A DNA stretch of 64,000 nucleotides from the NCBI GenBank assembly GCA_965202585.1, contig OZ241828.1, forward strand, positions 39,742,001 through 39,806,000. The letters run 5' to 3'. Below the pieces are notes generated by a model. It was given only the letters and a program-made list of their open reading frames with translations, did not search any database and was not told the DNA's origin. Positions 51,901 to 61,431 of the stretch are shown here, one piece after another. Numbering within the stretch: the stretch's first letter is position 1; each line of letters opens with the position of its first letter. Source of the DNA: Thalia democratica. Its lineage: Eukaryota. The position numbers and the translations under genes are program-made.

Positions 51901-54632
51901 AAAATCTATTTATATACTAAACTACACAAACATTGATACAAAAAACACAATAGTTAAGTCTTAAATGTATAAAAAACTTTAACCTACCTCTATGGTTAAC
52001 TTTTAACAATCAGACTAGTATTTCCAAAAGTGGGTAATATCGCCTCTTTGAGATTGATTTTGGATATTAGGGGCAAAAACTAGTGAGTTGGAGATTAATT
52101 ATATGTGTAAGTACCTAGTAAAGAGACGATTACTAATAAATTAAAAAGGACTTTTTATTAATTATTAAATAGGTGTTTTAGTGAAAATGAGTATGGAAAC
52201 CCTTATTAAACACATAAATTTGTCTTAGGAAAGCAATACCCGTAAGACGCCTTCTGAGGTAAATGAATTTTTATCACAAACAAAACTAATAAAACCTTTT
52301 GCAACCAGAATGGTCGATGGAGGTGGCGGAGTTGTGTTTGGAGTTTAGAAACGAAGGAGTGGTGGGCATTGACGTGGCGTGCGCTGGCGATGAGGAAGGA
52401 CACATGATTCTCAACCACAAGGAGGCTTTCGATGTTTGTTGTACGAAAAATATAAAATGCATTACTTGACTGCTAACTTTATTTTTATAGTTAATTTAAA
52501 AATATAAACTGTTTTTTCAGTTTTGCTTAAAACACGGTATTGGAAGGACGGCTCACGCCGGTGAGAAAGGTAGTTCCAATGAAGTTAAAAATGTGAGAAT
52601 TGTTTTATTGTATCAAAAATATTGCAGTAAGCTTTTAGCTGTAAAGAAACAGAATCTTGAAAACTTATTTGCATCAAATAAACTTTAAAATTTTACATAA
52701 AAACACACCAAATATATAGAAAAAATATAACAACTTTTATTTTATTTATTAAAAGTATGTTTTTACTATTTGTGTTTTGGTTTAAAAATTATGTTTCTTT
52801 TTCTTTAACAAAAAATATTTTAATAGATTACAAACTGTTTAAAATGTTTTCATACTATTTTATTCCTGGTCTAACTTTATTTAGTGCTTATAACAATTAG
52901 ATTTTTAACGACAATCTAAACTCGTCTAGATTTAAAACAAGTACTGTTTATCAAAATTAAAAGTTTAGAAGTCACAAGTATAAAAACATGAAAACTTCAT
53001 ATTTAAATTAACTTAAAATAAATAAATTTTCAATTAGTTTAAATTTATTTTTAAATTTTTTAATTTTGCAAAAAAGGCAGTGGAAAAGCTACACGTTCAA
53101 AGGATAGGACACGGTTACCATGTTTTAGATGATGAAGAGCTTTACAAGAAGTGCATCGAAGATCAGATTCATTTTGAAGTTTGCCCGCTTTCAAGCTATT
53201 TGACAGGATCAGTGTCCACAGATATGACTGTACATCCCGCTGTTAGGTTTATAATAATAACAATTTCAGTGCAACTTATAATTAAAACAGGTGATACTTT
53301 TAAATTGCTGAATTAAGTAGATTAATATGAAACAGTGTCACACGTATCTGGAGAATAAGTAAAAGTATGGTATACTTACCCAAAAGTTAAAACTTAAAAG
53401 TAAGTTTACTGGACGAGAAGTAGCTCTATAAAGTTTAACTATCTTACATACACAAGCACTATTTTGTCTAATAACTTTTTTTTTCTTTTTATTATGAATA
53501 GTTATTTTTTTTTAGTAAGTTATTTATGATCAGTGAAATATTTTTAAATATAGATTTCAGGCTGACGGTCTCAAGTTTTCTCTGAACACTGATGACCCCG
53601 GAGTTCAACAAAGTTCGATTATAGATGATTACGAAATTGCAACTAAAAGTTTTGGTTTTAGTAGACCAATGTTATATCAAAGCGTAAGTTAATCAAAACT
53701 ACTTTTTTTAATATTCTAAAACCTGTGAACTAAACTTAAACAGTGTATTTTAAATTTAAATCAAAGTCTTTAAATTTATCGTTGTTACAACTGTTCATCT
53801 TAAAAACAATTAAACTTAATTGTTTTTATCTTAAGTTGAATTTATTAAAATGCAGCGTTAAGATATCAAAGTTATTATTTTTTAAATTTAAAGTTTCAGG
53901 TCAAAAATGATACCAGTTTAGGTTTTATCTAGTTATCTTTACTTGGTCTTATCCAAAAAATTTATATTTAAAAGTAGTAATAAAGTTGTCTCTTTGAGAT
54001 GAATTAGTTTTATATTAAAGTTTTAAGCCCACGGAATTACTGTAGTTGAAATTTTATAAAGTTAAAAACAGTTTTACATATTTAGTTTAAAGTGCAACAA
54101 TTAGAACTTTCGATTTGAGTTCAATGATAAGAACAACTACATTTTAAAGAATTAAAGTAGCCATCTAATTATGTTTTGTACTAAATGATTTTTAAATTGT
54201 ACAGTGGTACAAGTTGTATAATCCTGATTAAATCATTTAAAAGTTTATTACAATACAATGTTTCTACCTACCATACAATACTTTTTGTTCAATTATCAGT
54301 TTAATTATAACTAACGCTTCCAATATGCCGAATCATTAGTTTGTAGGAAGTATATATTATTTTCCTTGATATGAATTTGAGAATTACTTATTTTTCTAAA
54401 TTTAACATCACAATAAAGTTATTCAGTACACAAAACATAAAAATACTAATTTTATGAATTTTAATTTAAATATTACCTTATAACAAAAAACATAATATTT
54501 TATTAGAATATACATGCAATGGAAGCCGCATTTGTAGATAAAGTAACAAAAGACGCTTTTCTAGAGGAGCTGAAAAATGAATACCAAAATATTAGAACTA
54601 AAAAGCAAAATGAAAACTGTACTTATTTGTAA
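48966..54632 (+). CDS. ADA: Adenosine deaminase (ADA1-type), 10 exons, 368 aa
   Basis: Exons 48966-49007, 49520-49581, 50369-50494, 50822-50944, 51350-51480, 52309-52433, 52521-52592, 53077-53246, 53554-53683, 54507-54632 total 1107 nt, phases consistent. Motifs VELHCHLDG, EMRYSPH, RSILCC, RTAHAGE, RIGHGY, EVCPLSS, SLNTDDP. Exon 1 (MSLPTTLTKYEFSK) is the least certain. Confidence 0.95.
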
Positions 54633-57600
54633 GAATTACTTACTTATAAAACATGTTATTACAATTATTACCACTGTACTAAATACTTTAAAATTTTTAA
54701 AATTGTGCTAAAAATTTATTAACTGTATTATTTTGATGTATTTTTTAATAAAAATGTTTTTTAAACAGAAGTTTTACTTTACATAATTATATATTGTATA
54801 TGAAAAATAAAAAATGTAATTTCTCGAATAAAGTAAATGTATCTCTATTAAAACGTTTTATTTAGAATGTTAAATTAAAAGTGAATTACTTGTTTTGTAA
54901 AAATAACTATGCTTGATTTAAAGAATAATTTTATCTTGCGTATTGTAGAGAATTTCTGATTTTATTTATATAAGGTCGCTGATGTTTTGTAAATAAATCA
55001 AAGCAAAGCTTGAAAACTACTTTTTAACTTTTATTATATACATGTCTAATGAAAAAAACAGTTAACTACTTTATGATTTAGTATGCCTTTTTATCTAAAG
55101 CATTGTTTATAAATTCAAAATTAGAACATGTTTAGTTTAATTATATTTAAATAATGAAAATAAACTTTCTATGCATAAAACTATTAACAAGAAGTATATT
55201 ATTTTTAGTTTGATTTTTTGTTGCTCAAACCAATGGTTTCAAGTTTGATAGTTTTTTTTTTATAGTTTGCGCACAGTAGATCAATGAGAAAAAACTTCAA
55301 TGCACAGTAGAATACTTGTTTAGTTTTTAGCATTGTACTACAAATGCGATTCTTATTTAAAATCGTAAATTAATATGGAATCTCTTAAAGCTAACTAAAA
55401 ACTACGAGAAAAACTTTTCATGATAGAACTAAATATAACTTTGTATTAAAATCAAAATTTCATTTAATAATTTTAAAGCGTGTGAATAAACATGGGATTT
55501 TTTGTAAAATCAAAACATTCTATATGCTTTCTCATAAAATTTTCCCAATTTCCAAAACAACATTGTTTATTTGTAGGAGTTAATTTAATTCCGATGCGTA
55601 TACATCGGCGTTTGTCTTTAAAATACGCGTTAGTTTTTAAGTTGTGCTGTGTGCCGTTTGCCGTCTTAATTCACGATGAAGTTCGCATGATCAACGAATC
55701 ATCAAGTTAAACTCAACATCTAGTTTTGAGCTACGAGTTTAAGAACATCGAACATCTAGTTTTGAGATTAAGAATATCTAATTCGTTCGTCCAAACTGTT
55801 GGTATATATTTATAATTTTTATGATTGTTAATACTTTCGACAGTTTTTACTTGGGTAGTGATTTAAACAGTAAACAGTTTGTTTCAGAATTGTTGTAATT
55901 AATATATTAATAATAAAGTACATCGAATCTTAGTGTGTTTTATTTTATAAGTTAGGAATAAGTTACCTTAAGTAAGACAAATATTATTAAGTTTAGTACT
56001 GTAAGCTACTTTTAAGTAAAACTCGTAGTTTAGCTAAGTACATGGAGACCACATATTTAAGATCATAAACATAACCAGTATTATAAATATATCTTTGTGG
56101 TTATAACTTAAACTTATTTCTACAATATTTTCATTACCCATAAAACTTTCAGTGCAGAGTAGAATAGTTTCTTTTTAATTTGTTGAAATATTAGCCGAAC
56201 AAAAAAGTTGTAGAAAATGAAGATATTTTAAATTACAGTCTAAAACATGACAAGAGTAAAGAGCTTTTATTTATAAAAGAAGTTAAGTCTAGACATATGT
56301 AAGTGTACTTATATAAAACCTTAAAGGAAGTTACTACCCACGCTCTACAAATGAACAAAATGAAAGGTTATTGAACTCTGAGGTATATATTTTTTTATTT
56401 TCAATATTAAATAATGGTTAATTTACTGAGTTAAGAGCTTATAATTTAATTTTTCAGGTAGAAAAACGGTGAGATTTATTAAAAAATTGTTTAAGTTTAA
56501 GCTAAACTAAAAAGATATACATCTTCATAATAAATACTTCTTAATAAATGAAAATATTAAAAATGGTCAAAATAGTATGTGTTTTTTTTGAATATATTGA
56601 AGTTTTTGATATAAATGTATCTTAAACAATCAAAAATTTTAGGTGTTTAAAAAAACTGTTTATTAAAAAAAAATATTTTACAAAGACAGAATTATATCAG
56701 CAAAGAAAAAAACTAGCTTAACAGCTACTGAAATATCAATAAAAAAGGTTCCTAAATAAATAGTCTTAAACTAAATATAAGAAAAGCACGATTCATAGTT
56801 TAAAAATGATGATAAAAAGTCTTAAATTTTTAAGCAGAAAAATTTTTGTATCAAGCAAGTATAACTATCAACGTTTATTGAGTAGTAAAAAAATAGTAAG
56901 CTTTACAAATTTCATATAATATAATTGTTCTTAATAAGTTCAAGAGAAGTAAAATAGATGTAAGTTTTAATACTGTGAACTGACGTAATTTGTTCAAAAC
57001 AATTTTTTCAAAAGTAATTACAAAAATTTTAATTTTATAAGTAGTTTTCATTTAATATAAGGCTTGCTTCAAGTGTTTGAAAACATGTGTTACCTCTCAC
57101 AATCATAGTTGTCATAGTTTGAGTTTTTGTATATTTAGCAATTGTAAATACTATGAATTTATAGCGTATATACTTATGATTATACTTTATTGCATAATAT
57201 AATTTTAATAGTTTAAAATGCTATAGAGTATAAGGTTTATGACTGCTAGATTTTTAAGATTTATTTTTTAACAGTCCATATTTAAAGACAAGCTTACAAT
57301 CAATTATGATTTTGTAACCAAATTGTAACTACGTACGTTGGTCATCCACATGAAGTTGCAACTGATGTTAAGATGGAATAACCAGAGAGACTGTAGATTA
57401 ACCTAACTCAGTCGGAGTTTGAAAATAAAACCTAAAAACTAAATTTTATCTTAGGGTCATTTGTTACTACTATACTTTTACGAAAAAATAAATGTGTTTT
57501 ACACTTTTTTACACCACAAAAGTCGATTAAATTTGATAAAGAAAAGTAAATTAAAGATTATTATTATGTAAATAAGTAGATGCAAGATTCACATTCTAGA

Positions 57601-59556
57601 TCTAGAGTAAGCTCGTTTTTCTTAAATTTTGTACAATGACACTAAAGTTGCTAAATACTTTTTAATATGCCTCGTTTATATCTTTTTGTTAGATATATGT
57701 TTTTAAAACAACTTATGTTACAACAAAAATAGTCGCAAATATATATACCACTGAATCAGTATAGCTGCAAGTCAATAAATTATTAATTATAATTTAAAAA
57801 TTAACCCCAATAACTTAAGAAAAAAATAAGAAAAGTTTTCAAAAGAAGCGAGTTATTATAAAATAACACTTTTATCTTAGTTATACTTCTACTAAGGTCT
57901 GTTTGAATAAGTGTGTTATAAAGACGTGAAGTAAGCAATTGTGGTTAAACTTTAAAAGGTACTTACTACGTCCTCCTCTGCGTGTGCTTTTTTATTGGTG
58001 ATAACTTTACTACTAATATGTGAAACACTTATCGCTTTTCTCTTGACATTTCATATTTATCAACACAAAATAAAATACAGTAATTGAAAAACAAAAAAAA
58101 CTGTTAAAGTTAACCTGCATACAAAAAATAAAAACTAACAAAATCTATACAGGAAAAATATACACACAAGTAATTTAAAACAATAAGATGACTTACAGAT
58201 GTTGTTCCAAAATTTTAGGAGAAACCAAAATACACCTTAGAAGTTTTTGAACCGACTGGTTTCATGCCGTTTACAAATGAGGACTAACTTAACTCTGTTT
58301 CTTACAAACTTAATCTTACCAATTAATTCCCACAAATAAGCTTTTAAATTGTTTAGTGTACTTAGATGCCAGAAAAACTACTCCTTTGACTTGTTTATTT
58401 TAACGAATTACTTACTAAAACTTCACATAATGTTTGTTTATACAAATACTTACTTTTTTATAATTTTTTTTTTAAATATTGAAGAATTATATAGTTAAGT
58501 CTTATTTCATTACACACTTTCCTAAGATTTTAAATAAATTTTTTGATCATGTAAAAAGTAATCTTTTAAGTATATTTTCAAAATTTATCTAACTTTGCAG
58601 TAGATAAAATTGTTCCTAAAATAATAAGAGTACAATTAGATAGTTATATTTGATACTTTAGATAGTTATTGCGTTTATGGAAAATTAAAACAGAACTAAA
58701 GGTAAAACTTTAATAAAAAATACAAATTTTTGCTCATGGTCTTAAAGTTGCATTTGACAAGAATACACGTACTATTTTTTCTACCTTTACTATAATTTAT
58801 ACCGCAGTGCATATTAAGTGTTATGAGCAGGTCTCAGGCTGCTACGAATCTTCAAAAATAAAATCACACAGCAAATTACAAATTTGTTTTTGACAAAAAT
58901 AATAAGTAGGACCTGATTTGTTTAATAGACTTGAAACTTCAATACTGCGTTGAAAATAATTTGACACATTTAAAGCAGGTCTTAAACTTAAGCATAAAGT
59001 TAATTGTGACTTTTTTTATATAACACCTTTTTTAAATTTCGTGTAAAACTGAACGTTTTAAAAGTTATTATTTTTTGCAGTAATTTATTAAAATTAAGGA
59101 TACTTTTTAAATCAAAATCCAGCTTGGATCTGAAAATTTAAAGCTATTAATGATTAATTATACTTCAAATACAATTTTATGTTGTTTATTACCTATGATA
59201 GGGGTGGGTAACTTTACTAACCCCTAAATACCCAAAGAAGTGAATATGTAATGAAGTCTATCGTGTAATTTAAAAATGACTAAAAAGCTTAACAAAACCT
59301 AAAATTAATTTGAGAATGTAAATCCTTTAAAATTTTCGTAAAAAAATTTAAATAAAAAACCTATCCTTTTAGGCAAAATGAATTTGACTATAGTGTTGCT
59401 TTATTTAATGCTGTTTTTGGTGTTTATACGTTTGTATTTAATTAGCTCTATTAATAAGTGTTTTAATTAGTTTTGTGTTATTAAATTTGTATGTAATTAA
59501 TATTTGTTTTTGATGAATACTACTGTTACTTTAAAAGTTAAATTTAACTTTTATAT

Positions 59557-59622
59557 ATTCGATAACCGAAAGGTTTTTCGTTCTCAGATCGTTGGACCAA
59601 ACTTTTTTGTCGTTCAATAAAC
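59557..59622 (+). repeat. Partial copy of the ~120-nt structured element
   Basis: ATTCGATAACCGAAAGGTTTTTCG...GTTGGACCAAACTTTTTTGTCGTTCAATAAAC. Confidence 0.75.
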
Positions 59623-61431
59623 TATATATTGATAAGTATCCTCTGACGAAAGTAGCGTGAACTATATCTGAATTTTTGCACTGAGTGTCTTTTATATACT
59701 GTTTAAAACAATTTATTTTAAATTCAAATACGTTTGTATTCAAGAAAGATTTAACTTTTGTGGAACTTGTATAAAACGGACATTATCTTTTCGAAATTGC
59801 TCAGTTGATACTACTTATCGCAATTTGCAGAGTTTCTGACATTTAAAAGTTTGATAAGTAATTTTTAATTCAGACTTTTGGAAGAGTAGCTCGCACGCAG
59901 AATCAATTCAAACTGCAATATTCTTAATTTTTAAGCACAACCCTTTGTTCTTATAACCCAAACAAAATCAGCCGTGGTAAAGATAAACAAGACTGTTGTA
60001 GTGTTCTACATTATTTTCAAATATGTCTATGGATCAAACTTTTCTTGGCTTGAAATTAGTCAAGAATTGGAAGATAAGTCTAAACTAGCGATTCCTAACC
60101 TGGAGTAAATTCCCTTGTATTAGGGGGTAAATTTTCTTTATTACAAGTTAAGTAAATTAATATTTAATAATTGTCTTTTTAATTTATATACTAGTACACA
60201 TTTAACTGTATTTTATAAAATTAAATAAACTCCTTCAATTTCACGATTTTTTATATTTAATAAACTTAAAATTCGAAAAATCTAGTTTTTTTCTAAAAAT
60301 TAAACACTATTTTGTATTTTGAGGGTAAGTTTAGTATCAACCTTCTTAAAAAGGGGTAAAACATAAAAAAAAGAACCGCTGGTCTAAACGATATTTGATT
60401 TGCAAATTAGGCTTTTATGAAGATAAGCCATAACAAACTATTTAATGAAACATTAAAAAATACTTTAAGAGTAGAGCCTGGTTCTTTATACGTTTAAAAG
60501 CAAACTGCAAATAAAACAACAATTAAAAATTAATTAGAAGTTTTTTCAAAAACAACTCGATAACAACTTTTTATTGATAAGTAATTAAATACCTTATGTT
60601 TTCAAAAAAGGCATACTTACAATTAAAGTATAAAAACACAGAAACAGCCATTACTAAAAATTTATTCAAACAAATTCTTGTATGTATAATTTTATTTATA
60701 TTTGAAAAAGACACATCCATACATATATTTTCAAAATTTTATTTTCCTTAAAATACTTATAATTTTTCAGAGCTTCGTCTAGATACGTTACCAATTTATT
60801 ATAGAGAAACGTAGTTAGTATCTTAAACTAATTACTTTTAATATAGTTGTTATTGTAATGTAAAAAACTTGTTTTGTTCGGATCTTTTTATTATAAAAAT
60901 CGATTAACAACTGATATATTAAAGACTAGTATAACAGATATTAAATTAAAACTGACTGCTTCTTTTTAACAAAAATGAAACATATAGGCAAACTCAAAAC
61001 AACCAAAAAAAATTTACTAAAACAATTTCCTAATCAATTTACTACTACGGGTAGTAAAAAGCACTGCCGATAAATTTAAGGAAACAATTTTAGTAGCAAA
61101 TGTTATTATTAGAAGTGTATTGCTTATTCATCATTTCTAAAAAAAAAAAAACGTATAGTTACTTTATAAAGCAGTTACCAAAAATTTTTCCAAAAAATTT
61201 ATTAAAATCAAGTAAAAAATATTTTTTATTTGTTTTCAAAAATTAATAAAACTAAAAAGCACGGAGACACATTAAACAATATAGCTGTTTACTTATGCCA
61301 CATTGCAAAAATTAACCGGGGCGCTTGTGATAAACATTTTAAAAGCGAACCTACTATCAAGTCATTGATCTGTCTCAAACGCTCGATTTGAGTCATAAAC
61401 AAACAAAAAGTACAAACAAGCGATGAGGGGC

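Noticed and set aside
58250-58290. Minus-strand GGCATGAAACCAGTCGG hammerhead 3' half
   Set aside because: The CUGANGA half is missing; at best a decayed remnant.
7917-59743. Most remaining 60-98-aa ORFs in the supplied track (e.g. 7917, 9286, 11432, 24630, 34657, 36828, 38914, 59531)
   Set aside because: Low-complexity F/L/I/K/N-rich translations, often from TTG/GTG starts and overlapping repeats, with no motif or splice support.
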